Of a DNA stretch of 53,582 bases, positions 20,450 to 31,158 are shown piece by piece. How positions within the stretch are numbered: position 1 is the stretch's first letter; each line of letters starts with the position of its first letter. The stretch covers positions 1 through 53,582 of the forward strand of contig DF237402.1 in the NCBI GenBank assembly GCA_000708835.1. Reading direction: 5' to 3'. The stretch comes from Klebsormidium nitens. Lineage: Eukaryota > Plantae > Klebsormidiophyceae. The notes below the pieces were generated by a model. That model searched no databases. It had not been told where the DNA came from and saw nothing but the letters and a program-made list of their open reading frames with translations. Both the position numbers and the translations under genes were made by a program.

Positions 20450-20818
20450 ATGAACACAGTTCACTGGCTCCTCGCCGGCGCCCTCCTCGCCCTCGCAATC
20501 CTTGCCCTGCACTCACTACAGATCTCTCCTGCTCGGTACTCGTTCACGTTTTACCACCTCCCCGGTTGCAAGTACTGCGAGGAGGCCATGCCTGCATGGA
20601 GGGAGCTGCAGAGGATCTACTGGGGCCCGGCCGTCCTCAGAAAGGTGAACGCAATGCGAGCAAAAGAGGAAGTGAACGGCCTGGGAATAGATGGCCTTTC
20701 CGCGTATGTTCTGTTCGACGGCAACACGGGATTCGCCTACAAGTACGAGGGGGCCAGGACAGCTCAAGCGTTTTCACGATTCTTGGCAGAGACGTTTACC
20801 GAAAAAAAGCGCAGGTAA
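20450..20818 (+). CDS. Thioredoxin-like protein with N-terminal membrane anchor
   Basis: WLLAGALLALAILAL, FYHLPGCKYC (CxxC), YEGARTAQAF; the true start is the internal ATG of ORF 20012-20818. Confidence 0.8.
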   Translation: MNTVHWLLAGALLALAILALHSLQISPARYSFTFYHLPGCKYCEEAMPAWRELQRIYWGPAVLRKVNAMRAKEEVNGLGIDGLSAYVLFDGNTGFAYKYEGARTAQAFSRFLAETFTEKKRR

Positions 20819-20827
20819 AGTAGGATC

Positions 20828-21375
20828 ATGGTCACGCTCTTGGAAGGTGCTGCAGTGGCTGGCTCTTCGCTTTTTCTCTATCTCGCCCTCAAGCCCGAGG
20901 TGGCAAAAAGCAGGACCGGCATGGCCTACATCAAGGGCCCCCACGCCCAAGAGTTCATGAACGTGGTGAATACAGACATCGACCGTTTGTTGGCTTGGCT
21001 GAAGAGTCACCCCGAACTGCTAGCGGATCCCAGGTGGAAAGGCTGGTCCAGAGGTACAAGACCAAGATGCAGCCGATCGCAGAAGGAGAGGGAGGGGCGG
21101 CTTACACTCGAAACAAGTCGGACGTGCGGCTGTGCGTCCCAGAGTCCCTCGAGGAACGAGACGTCCAGACCGGCCTCTTTGTCGCACTCCACGAGCTGGC
21201 TCACATAGCAAACGTGAGCTGGGGCCACGACCAAAGCTTCTGGGACACGTTCAGAGACCTTCTCAGACTGGCTGTGAAAGCGAGGATCTATAAGAAGCGC
21301 AACTATAAGCACGACCCAGCACGCTTCTGCGGTCAGGATATAATGAGCCAACCTCTGGACTGGAAAACTCCTTAA
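20828..21375 (+). CDS. WLM-type zinc metallopeptidase of NCLDVs; 1-nt frameshift near 21037
   Basis: AYTRNKSDVRLC...FVALHELAH...GHDQSFWDTFRDLL...YKHDPARFCG; N-terminal TM half in the adjacent frame. Confidence 0.85.
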
Positions 21376-21443
21376 GTACCCTTAACGATCGCCAATGAGC
21401 GCCACACTGGTGCCAGCATGCGCCCCCTCCTGCCTCGGATGTA

Positions 21444-21782
21444 CTATGCCAGCGGCCGTCTGATTGTTTGCTGTCTTTGATTGGTGATGTACAGGCAGAC
21501 GTTTCCTTTGTTGGTGAGGACATAACTCTCGCTCCACAACAAGATGAAATTGTTCCCGTGGCGAGCGGCATCAGCTGTGGTGGCCGCATACCTGAGCACG
21601 TAGCTATCAGGAATCTTCTGCAATTCTTTCTCGTTTGCGTCAAGGAAGAATAGCCTGGCGACACTTCCATCGAGCCTCTCTAGCTTGATTTTCCAGCCAT
21701 CGTTGAGATCGAAGATGCGAATCTTGTCCCGCCCGTAAGAGAATAGTTCGTCACGGTGCAACGCCATAGACGTATCTGTCAT
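21444..21782 (-). CDS. Hypothetical protein
   Basis: Fills the gap between convergent/divergent viral genes; no motif recognised. Confidence 0.45.
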   Translation of the reverse strand: MTDTSMALHRDELFSYGRDKIRIFDLNDGWKIKLERLDGSVARLFFLDANEKELQKIPDSYVLRYAATTADAARHGNNFILLWSESYVLTNKGNVCLYITNQRQQTIRRPLA

Positions 21783-21960
21783 CTCGAGGCCTTATTGTAT
21801 TTGGCAGAATCGGTGGATAAACTAGACGCGGTCGTTCATGGCAACATCAGTGGCACTGGCAAAGTCCGGGGTGGGCAATTGCGGACGATGGTGCTCGTTT
21901 TCGAGCTTAGGGAGATTGCATATGAAGAGAAGCAAGCACATGGCAGTAGCATCCATCGGC

Positions 21961-22494
21961 ATGCACATGAACCCACGAGTCGTACGGCTTCTCGAGCGAC
22001 AGAGATACAAGACCCCTTACCAGCAGCACCTCGCAAATTTTGCACCAGGGGGGCGTGGACTGACACCTCGCCCGGTCCCAAACATAGAGGCAGCCCGTCA
22101 CGGTCTGCTCTACGAGAAGGAGGCAATACAGAGGTTCCAGGAAATCACGGGCATCCGGGTTCTTGATGTCGGCCATGTGGTCCACGAGCGCTTTGACTGG
22201 CTCTCTTGTGTCCCAGACGGGATAACCGTCGATGGAAGGGTGGCCGAGATAAAGTGCCCTTACTACCGGCGGATCGTTCCAGGGGTCCCCAATCACTGCG
22301 TAAAACAACTGCAGATTGCAATGGAGGTCACCGACCTCGACGAGGCCATCCTCGTGCAGTACAAACCCGCAAGCGTCTTCGGAGTGGAAGAGATCATGAT
22401 ATCGACCCTGGCCCGAGATAGGACCTGGATCCACAGGAACTGGTCTCGACTGCACAAGAAAGGGCAGTGGCTGCAGCCTCCAGCCGCGGCCTGA
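21961..22494 (+). CDS. YqaJ/lambda-exonuclease family recombinase
   Basis: AARHGLLYEKEA, WLSCVPDG, EIKCPY, QLQIAMEVTDLD, VQYKP; the N-terminal QRSxEW/LTAS region appears degenerate. Confidence 0.85.
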   Translation: MHMNPRVVRLLERQRYKTPYQQHLANFAPGGRGLTPRPVPNIEAARHGLLYEKEAIQRFQEITGIRVLDVGHVVHERFDWLSCVPDGITVDGRVAEIKCPYYRRIVPGVPNHCVKQLQIAMEVTDLDEAILVQYKPASVFGVEEIMISTLARDRTWIHRNWSRLHKKGQWLQPPAAA

Positions 22495-22530
22495 GTTCGG
22501 TGACAATTTCGTGAACCCGATTAAAGAGCC

Positions 22531-22752
22531 ATGGCATCCAATGCACCCTCGACCAAGAAGACCACAAGATGGAGCGACATGGTCGACCATGAGCCGGGGC
22601 CCATCGACCCCAAGATTCTAAAGGGACTACAGTATAGTTTCGGAAAGGCGCTGACGGAGGGGGAGTTCAAGGCGCAGCAAGCAAAGGGAGGAGCGAGAGT
22701 GGCCAGGAGCTTAGACCTACGAGACATCATGCGCACGGGCGGAGAGAAGTAG
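22531..22752 (+). CDS. Small hypothetical protein
   Basis: 73 aa ORF in tandem packing between YqaJ and TFIIS. Confidence 0.4.
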   Translation: MASNAPSTKKTTRWSDMVDHEPGPIDPKILKGLQYSFGKALTEGEFKAQQAKGGARVARSLDLRDIMRTGGEK

Positions 22753-22804
22753 GTACGCAGGGGCTTACGGCCAACGGTGTTTTTCTGGCAGTCTACTTCC
22801 ATCA

Positions 22805-23341
22805 ATGGTTGGAGTTGGAGAGCCGCCACTCCGATCCTTTGCGAGGCAGCAGTTTTCACAGCTATTCGAACAGCCCCCAGACTCCGGGATGGTCATCAAT
22901 GCTGAGGTCGGTGTCTACAACACGGCCGTAAAGGGCTGTGGCAACTTGTTCGGAGCCGGCTCGTGCACCTGGACCAATCCGAGATTCAAGAGCAAGTACA
23001 AGGAGAAGCTCCGGTCATTGTTGTTCAACCTTCGGAACCCGAAGAACCCGGCCTTCCTCGACAAGGTGAAAGCAAAGGAGATCGGATGCAGGCACCTCGC
23101 GTCTTTGTCCCCAGAAGACATGTTCCCCGAAAATTGGACCTCGCTTAAAGCAAAACTAGCAAAAAAGCACGTCTTCTCGGCGGACCTCTTGGATAATGTT
23201 CCCGACAATCCAGTGCACGTCTGCAGCCACTGCAACTCTAGGAAGATCACCACGTACGAACTGCAGACGTTAGCCGCCGACCAGTCGACCACGACTTACA
23301 TGATGTGCCAGTCCTGCTCCCACTGCTGGAAGATATTTTAA
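22805..23341 (+). CDS. TFIIS: Transcription elongation factor TFIIS (domains II-III) with altered acidic hairpin
   Basis: WTNPRFKSKYKEKLRSLLFNL, LSPEDMFPENW, CSHC...QTLAADQSTT...CQSCSHCWK (canonical QTRSADEP). Confidence 0.9.
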   Translation: MVGVGEPPLRSFARQQFSQLFEQPPDSGMVINAEVGVYNTAVKGCGNLFGAGSCTWTNPRFKSKYKEKLRSLLFNLRNPKNPAFLDKVKAKEIGCRHLASLSPEDMFPENWTSLKAKLAKKHVFSADLLDNVPDNPVHVCSHCNSRKITTYELQTLAADQSTTTYMMCQSCSHCWKIF

Positions 23342-23745
23342 GAATTGATCTTGTTGATGACATTCGCATGGTCGACAGATGCATTGGCGTGAGCCTTTAG
23401 GGCGTGATTCGTCACCATGTTAACTATTTTGGGAGGGGCACCCGCGTTCCCCGCATTGAGCGCGGCTTCGTGAGAGAGTCTCGCCGCATTCTGACTGGCC
23501 TCCAGAGTAGCAATGGTCGCTTCAAGGACCGCCTGCTCGTGGTCCCCATTATCGAGAGCATTCTTTGCAATCATGTGCATGTTGTCGGCGGCATGCATCT
23601 CATCGATCGCACCTGTCGCTTTGCCCAAGGCCTGAGATGCAGAATCGTGATCCTGAGGCGTCTGAGCGGCCTTGTTCCCCATGCCAGCAATCTCCAACGC
23701 ATGCTTTGCACTCTTGCGAGCGCTCTGAACGGCCTTGGCAGCAGT
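23338..23745 (-). pseudogene. Ala-rich helical protein, 5' end replaced by a repeat element
   Basis: The protein-like part (TAAKAVQSARKSAKHALE...NKINS) begins exactly where the CCGGG-rich element ends. Confidence 0.5.
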
Positions 23746-24209
23746 CACAGGGAGGATAGACGGTTTGCCCGGTAACGGGCAAGAGGCCGGGCAACGCGTT
23801 CCCCGGCCTCCTGCCCGGTCATGGGCCGGTGACCGGGGAGCGGACCGCTTTGCCCGGTGATCGGGCAGCCAGTCACCGGGCAAGCAGGCCGGGCAACGTG
23901 CACGGGTACGAGGCCGGGCAGGCGCGGCCGGATCCCGGGCAGCGACGCCGGGCAGGGGCTGCCGCATTTCCGGGCAGGGCGACTGATGAGCGGGCAGCAC
24001 GACCGGGCAGCCTCTGTTGAAGACCGGGCAATAGACCGGGGCATGCTTTCGTATTTGCGGGCAAGTGGCCGGGCAAGGCGCTCGCATGTCCGGGCATTCA
24101 TGCGGGGCAAGGGCGGGCAACAAACCGGGGAAGGCATCATACATGATCGGGCATAGAACATGCGGCACCGATTGATAGGTCGGGAAGAGCACGCCGGGGT
24201 AGATCTGTG
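23746..24209 (-). mobile_element. GCCCGG/CCGGGC-rich non-autonomous element with CACAG...CTGTG ends (possibly CACTA-type)
   Basis: Dense ccgggc/gcccgg motifs. The terminus cacagggaggatagacggtttgcccgg is the reverse complement of the near-identical end of 40725-41057. Flanking 3-mers agt/aat are an imperfect TSD. Confidence 0.55.
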
Positions 24210-24818
24210 AATGTAAGAGAAGAGCGCTTATAGTCGATTAACTTACTTTCGTGACACCTTCAAAGACTTGAGGTTCGTGTACTCAGCCGGCTAGAACTGA
24301 TCACTATGTGCCTGCTGGTACACTGTGTCCAACGTTTCAATGAAAGTTGTGCTTGTTCCAACCTCAACTGTGCTAAGTTTGTATTGCCATGCGCTTCACA
24401 ACCTTGTCACCTCCACCTGGCCTGCAGCTAACTTCTCACCATAATTTCGGCAGCTCGCACCTCAAAGCTGACGAGAGCTACTGCAACGTGCGTGACTCGA
24501 AGCCGCCTCAACCTGCATGAACTTGTAAAGTTGATTACTACAGTAGAAGTAAGCAAAGTCGAATGCTCGACAAATCGTTTCGCCCCGCGGCAGGCACGAA
24601 TGAGGCCGGCACATCTCTTTGCACATCCAACTGCACATGTTATCCACTCCTTTCAGAAACACAGAAGGCACGAGTCAGTGTTATATCGAAGAGACACTCG
24701 TCGCTCTCATCTTGTCAGATGCAGTATTGTATGCCGCGAGCCTCCGTGGAGTGCCCTTCACTACTTCGGACAAGCTAGCCTTTCGGACACTTCGTGAATG
24801 GTCAATGTACCAACCTGA

Positions 24819-26361
24819 TCAGAAGCGCATACGGATATCAGCCGGGTCCAGGCTGGTGCCGTCCTCACGCCACTTCCGGTTTTTGATGGTGACCTTCTTC
24901 TTTGCGATGAGCCCCTCGCTGAACAGCTTCAGGAGGTAGTTTTGGCTGAACTCTTTCAGCTTGGGAGACTTCGAGATGCCTAGCAGCTTCAGCTTGTCGA
25001 TCCCCTTGCGCAGCGCTTTGGAGGTGAGCTGCTAATAGGAGAAAATTCTACTCTAGATTTGACAATTAGTTGTCGTTCCACTCCGAAATTTGTGCTTCTC
25101 GTTGGACCGCTCGGGGGACGCAGATGCCAGAACAGATTGCGATCTTGCGTTTTACGTACAACACCGTTCAGCTACCGTTCAATTGTGCGCAAAAGAGATT
25201 GCAAGGGCACTTCACAGTTTTACTCGAATTTCTGAACCTCAAATTTTACCTCCGGCTACTCTCTAATGCAGTCTCACCGTCGATCAAAGCTTTTTGCTAT
25301 GCCTGGCAGTTGAACTTAGAGTTTCTGTTTACCACAAAGCCCACTCGGTCATACGCAAGGCGAATCTGAATCACTCGACCACTGAAATTTGCGGTTCTTC
25401 GGATCCTTCACCCGAACCCTGTCAAGGAAACAGTTTTGGCCGTTTCGGATGGGCAATCAGAAATATACCTTATATGACGCGTGGATGTCCAGGGCGGTCA
25501 TGGCTATTAGTTTATTTTGTCGACGATTGAAGGATGCAGTTTCTCGTCCTTGTCCTCGAAAGCGCCTCCGATCGGCAGATCTGACGGCGACTCCGCGTCG
25601 GAGTCCTCCTCTTCTGACGTCTCAATCGCGGAGCCCGAAAGGCTCATCGACTCCTCGCTCTCATCCGAGGGTGGCGCATTGGGCTTCTTGGTGGCTCCGA
25701 TTTTGACTTTCTCACGGGACTTCTGTCCGGATTCGGTTCCCGCCGCTGCCCGCTGCTTGGAATTAACCACGAAGCTGTCGTTGTGAATCAGCCGGTTCAC
25801 CTTAGGCGCGCGGTTCGACTGCCGTACAACTTGGATTTCCTCAACCGGCTCACTGGGTGGTGCTTTTAATGTTTTCGGGCCGGGAACTTCTGACTCAGCC
25901 GGCTCGTTCGGCTTTTCGTTGGTAGGGGAAATTCCTTCCGGGCGAATCTTCTTCTTCTTGTCCTGCTCGACCGTCTGACTTCCCTTTCGCTTCCGGGCCC
26001 CGTTCTTCGTTTTGTCCGGCTTCTCTTTAGCCTCACCAGCCTTAGTCTCGCGCCCCTCTGAGTCTTCCCCCTCGCCGGTCTTCTCGCGCTCATCGGAACC
26101 TTTTCCGGCATCCGGCGCATCAGAGCCCCGGGGAGGGGAGCGCACGGATTCTGACGGGACCGATACTGGGGGACCCGCCGGCTGCGATGCCGCACTGATC
26201 AGCCCCTCCGCGCGGATTTTCGCTGACGCCTGGGTGTGGAAGATCAATTGGTGATGGCCACTGGTTGCCTGCGAAGAATGGCTTAAAGCGATTACGAAAC
26301 ATGTTTTGCTTTCGGTCAAGATGTCAATCCAGTAGCGAGTTGTCTTCGAGATGAGAGTCAA
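24819..26361 (-). CDS. Host-type spliced gene: Lys/Glu/Ser-rich exon plus terminal exon; exact structure uncertain
   Basis: ORF 25507-26361 is low-complexity nuclear-protein-like. An exon at 24819-25031 after a ttag acceptor reads QLTSKALRKGIDKLKLLG...DIRMRF*. Confidence 0.4.
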
Positions 26362-27086
26362 AACCGCGCTCCAAAAGGAACCGCCGAAACACGAACGCCG
26401 ATCTTTGGCAGGCAGAACTTCTGGCCGAAAGAGAAGTGGAAAAAAGGGACACGAAAGCGGTGGGGAAATGGCGCAGTTCGACAGCCGCCCACGCGGCGCG
26501 CACGAGCGCCCTCATTTCAAAAGCAGCGATCGATGTCGCAGAGTCGTAACACCAGTGTCGGGCAAAAACTTGCGACTGAAAATAGAAAGAGAGTAAAGGG
26601 CCAAAGCTCAGAAGCGAAAGAAACATGGCGCGCTTTGACAGCCGCATGCGCGGATCGACCGCGTGAACCGAGCGCGCGCGCGCCCGTTGTGCGTGCACGC
26701 GCGCACACCGATCCAACTTCAGGTGGCCATAAAGAAGCGGATTACCGATGTTTGGCAAGGCCGGGCAACTTGGAATGAGGAAAAGAAAAGAAAGGATCGT
26801 TATGATTACTTGCAAGCGCAGGATCCGACGGCTCAAACAAACAGCCGCGCGCGCGCGCGCGCAACATGCGTGCGCGCTCGGCCTCATTAAATTTTCAGTC
26901 AGCCAGTCTGAAAGCGGCGAATCACCGTTTGGCAGAAGCTCGCAACTATTAAAGACGCGCAAGGTCTACAAAATTGGAAGGAACGTGCCACAGAAGCGGC
27001 AAATCGATGGCACGTATGAACAATTGCCCGCGCGGCGCGCGGCGCGCGTGCGCAGGCATCTCAAACTTCAGCCGAACGAAAGTGAA

Positions 27087-27556
27087 NNNNNNNNNNNNNN
27101 NNNNNNNNNNNNNNNNNNNNNNNNNNNNNNNNNNNNNNNNNNNNNNNNNNNNNNNNNNNNNNNNNNNNNNNNNNNNNNNNNNNNNNNNNNNNNNNNNNNN
27201 NNNNNNNNNNNNNNNNNNNNNNNNNNNNNNNNNNNNNNNNNNNNNNNNNNNNNNNNNNNNNNNNNNNNNNNNNNNNNNNNNNNNNNNNNNNNNNNNNNNN
27301 NNNNNNNNNNNNNNNNNNNNNNNNNNNNNNNNNNNNNNNNNNNNNNNNNNNNNNNNNNNNNNNNNNNNNNNNNNNNNNNNNNNNNNNNNNNNNNNNNNNN
27401 NNNNNNNNNNNNNNNNNNNNNNNNNNNNNNNNNNNNNNNNNNNNNNNNNNNNNNNNNNNNNNNNNNNNNNNNNNNNNNNNNNNNNNNNNNNNNNNNNNNN
27501 NNNNNNNNNNNNNNNNNNNNNNNNNNNNNNNNNNNNNNNNNNNNNNNNNNNNNNNA
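27087..27556. other. Assembly gap (470 N)
   Basis: N run; the same 29 bp (atctcaaacttcagccgaacgaaagtgaa) lies on both sides. Confidence 1.
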
Positions 27557-27939
27557 TCTCAAACTTCAGCCGAACGAAAGTGAAGTCACTTAATATGGGA
27601 ACGGAAAGGCGTTAGGCGGTCACCTTCTGAAAGCCCAGAGCGCTGGCGTGTTCCTTGCACGCAAAGCGGCCTTGGTCGTAGCCCTCGACGCCGTACACCT
27701 CGTGCAGGAAGCCTTGGAAACACAGGTTGTGCACCGGGTCCTTGCAGACCTCGCACCGATGCTGGGCGGGCTTTCCTGCCATCGCGCACGCTGGCAGTGC
27801 GCACTTTCCGCCAAGCCCCTGGAAAAGAAGCGAACGCGCTAGTCATGCAGTATGAGACAATATCTGAGTCTGGAATTGACGTTCAAAATCTTTCTCTTGA
27901 GTCATTCTACACTTTATGGGCTCGCAATTGCACGGAAAA

Positions 27940-28697
27940 GAACGTCAGAAACTGATTTAGACTTCGGATTGGCTAGCGCTATTGATACTTCCGGACTCAC
28001 AAAAGAAGGGTACGCTCTAAAATTCTTCAAATTGCCAAGTGCAAAGGATTCAGCCGGGAGAGCGAACCGGTCACATGCAGCCGAGGTAAACGGACCCCGC
28101 CCGTTTTCGCGCACCCGGAGCCAGGAAAAAGAACGTCAAACGCTGCTCTATCCATTGAAGTGGTTAGCGCTTCTTATGTTTCCGGACTCACAAAACGAAG
28201 GCCCACTCTGAAATTCTTCATTCGTCAGGTGCAGGGAGTCAATTTAGGAGAGCGAACCGGTCGCATCCAGGGTAAATGGAAGCCGCCACTTTTTGCCCAC
28301 CCAGGGCCTTGCTCAAGAAAGCACGTCAGAAGTTGCTCCAGACTTCGAACGAGCTAGCGCTTTTTTAATTTCAGGACTCACGAAGCAGAGTCCCGTTCCG
28401 AAAATCTTGATTTGCCAAGTGCGGAGGATCCAGTCGGGAGAGCGAACCGGTCATAGCCGGGGTGAATGGACCCCGCCAGATTTCGCCCACCCAGAGTCTC
28501 GCCCGGAAAAGAACGTCGAAAGCTGACCTATCCTACGAAAGAGCCAGCGCTTCTTATGTTTCCGGGCGAGACAAAACAAAGGCCACTCTGAAAGTCCTTA
28601 TCCGCCAAGTGCAAAAATTTCAGTCGGGAGAGCGAACCGGTCACAGCCGGGGTGAACGGACCCGGCCGGTTTTGAGAACTTGGGGCCCCGTCCACTA
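27940..28697. repeat. Degenerate 190-bp tandem repeat, about 4 units
   Basis: gagagcgaaccggtc at 28058, 28248, 28438 and 28628 (exact 190-bp period). Confidence 0.85.
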
Positions 28698-28797
28698 GAT
28701 GACGCTGCCTGCGCAATAGAACAGTACGTGTTGCCAATTAGAACCAACAAATCTTAGATCTCCGACAATTCTCAGATTTTGGAGCAACTCTGAGATG

Positions 28798-29049
28798 TTA
28801 ATCACGAACCTGACGAAAGCCGAAGTTGCTGTGGTGATTGGCGCAGTAAAGCAGCTCCCCGTCGTACTTCTCGACCCCGTACAGCCTTTTTAGCAGCTCT
28901 TGCACGCACTCCTCGTGCACCGGGTCGAGACATGCCTGGCAGAAGCTTGGAGGCCGTTCCGTCGACGAGCACCCCTCCAACGAGCAGCTCGTCTTCGGCT
29001 TCGGCTGTGACAAGATTCTCGTATTAAATCCTCGAACGACAGCAATCAA
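28798..29049 (-). CDS. PHD-like zinc-finger exon
   Basis: CSLEGC...CQAC...HEEC...YCANHH Cys/His spacing. Confidence 0.35.
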   Translation of the reverse strand: MIAVVRGFNTRILSQPKPKTSCSLEGCSSTERPPSFCQACLDPVHEECVQELLKRLYGVEKYDGELLYCANHHSNFGFRQVRD

Positions 29050-31158
29050 TGCCTAAGTTCAAAAGACCGTTCGTGATAGTATCTTAGCCTGCGCATCTCC
29101 AGTCCGTTTTCTCTCCGCAACGCATATTTCACGTGCACAAAAGAAACGCATGCCAGCAGAAGCTTGGGCTTGACCGCCACCATCTTTGTCCAGATTGACG
29201 TAGGGCCACGGACGAGGAAGGAACAAGTTCCGGCATCCGCTTCTGAAGCAACTTTCTAGACGGGCAGGTAAGGAAAGTGGGGTCTGACGGCAGATTTGAA
29301 GGCCTTTCCTTATCGTTTTTGAAGCGATACTACGGCATGAACTCAAAAAATTGCACAAGGATTTGGCATAGACGTTTACAAGAGATCAATGATGGTTTGA
29401 CCAGAAGCGCATGCGCGAGTATCAGTCTCATGTGGCAAGCGCGAGCTCACCGTCGTCTTGCACGCGTCGCTAGCCGGAGCAGGTGGTGCTGATTTGGGGC
29501 CAATCGTTGAAGGTACTGCCAGCTCGATTGGATGTTCAGAGGCCACCGGATGATGTACCTATTCAAAAGACAGTGATTCCTTAGTCTTGATGCTCGTGAA
29601 TATTTTTCTTATTTCGAACGGGCTTCAAAGGTCTTTGGCACCCGCGGCAGGTATGTATGCTATATCGCCTTAGCAAGGTGGTTTGACTTAAATCGCCTGG
29701 GTTGGAAAGTGATTGATGGACAGAATTCAGTGCGCACGGAAGGGTTCGCGCATTAAACTGGATGCGGAGGACAAGACTGACACGTGGCCGTGTGCGAACA
29801 GCCAAGTCGGACTCAGGCGGAAGTCTTTGAAGCAGGCTGGTTTAGTGAATTGAATTACTCTAGTCAAGATGACCTGAAACGGAAAAGCGTGCCATGGTAA
29901 GCTCTGGAAAGGCGTTGGGGGGATATGAATGAAGTATAGTGCCGAACAGATTCAAAACGAACCGAGCACAACTTGGTGCGGAAAGCCGGGTATACAGACC
30001 TAGGGGTCACCGTGGGTAACATCTTACCTTGTAATTGCAAGGTTTTTCGTGTTCGAAGGTGCCGGCACTACAAGAGTCAGGACCCTTGTGCAAACAATTC
30101 CACTCACTAATTTTGAAGGAGCAGTCTCGGGTGTCAAGGCCTCGTTGGGGTGGTTGCCGCTGCCGGGCCGAGCGGGTTGGCTCTCGTCCAAGCTTTCTGA
30201 ATCCGGCTCCTGTACGTACACATAGCGGGCTCAAACTTAGGTTTTGCCAGGCGCATGCTTCAGAAGCGCAAATGGATTAAGTTGGACGAAGTTGGTGACT
30301 GTGAAAAACAACGGTTTATGATCATAGACAACGAGGACCTTAAATCTCGAGCATTCAGGTTCTCGATCAGGACTTCTTGTAGGATATTGGCCATTGAAGC
30401 AAGTTTGAAGAATCATGAAGACCGTCCAACGAAACCTTCTTGGCCCGTACCGTATCCACACCTGACGGGTTTGCTTTGCATACTGACCTTTGATGGTCCA
30501 GTACCGTTGAATTGACGTGGCTGCTCCTGCATGGCGCCGTCCTCCCCAGCTTCGGCTCGCTTCTGCAACCATAAGAAGGCCAACGCTTAAGACGGTTCAA
30601 AAATTACGATGCACAACCTGAAAATATCAGTTGATCGAGGTAGAAAGACTAGGCGGAGTGGTTGAGATACGACATCGAACCTGCGAAGCGAACAGCAGAG
30701 CTGGCAGGAAATGATATTCTCATGAATCCTTGGTTGAAGGATCAGTACGAGATGGCAGCATGCATATATCCTTCAGATTTGAAGTAGTTTAGCGATGTAC
30801 TTGATCAGCCTGAGAGCATGAGCACAAGGCAGACACAGTACCTTGTCTACCTTCTTTGGCTTGCGCTCATGATACCGTTCGAGCTCTTTAGCCTGGCTTT
30901 TTCTGTACCGGTCCGCGTGCAAAAACTTCTTCTTGAGGTCATCAATGATTGCGGTGAACGTGGAATTGTTGCAAGCTGCAAGTGGAATTATATGCTCGGT
31001 TGTCACAGGATTTTGTATCCATGACCCTTTCCTGGAAAATCTGTGCTCAAATCAGTAGACGACGTTGCTGAATACCGGAAAGCATGACAGATTTCGTTCT
31101 TTTAGGGAGCTGATTCTACATACATTTACAAAGCTCCCAGAGCTGTCACCGCAAAGCC

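Larger units (their letters stand above)
5776..23745. mobile_element. Endogenous giant-virus (NCLDV) fragment, core block
   Basis: About 24 closely packed intronless ORFs, with short or overlapping convergent ends (8150-8153, 10872-10899, 23338-23341). Includes genes typical of NCLDVs: WLM peptidase, YqaJ, TFIIB, TBP, TFIIS, RNA triphosphatase, SWIB, C5-MTase, thioredoxin. Host transposon insertions show it is integrated. The left boundary is uncertain and may extend toward position 800. Confidence 0.9.

Noticed and set aside
23338-24192. 284-aa ORF with Cys-Pro repeats (also 40696-41058)
   Set aside because: The CP-rich peptide is just the translation of the GCCCGG repeat element.
27058-27585. 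Identical 29-bp flanks around a 470-N gap (same length as the MITE)
   Set aside because: Most simply an unmerged contig overlap; the flanks lack TA, so the length match to the MITE is probably coincidence.
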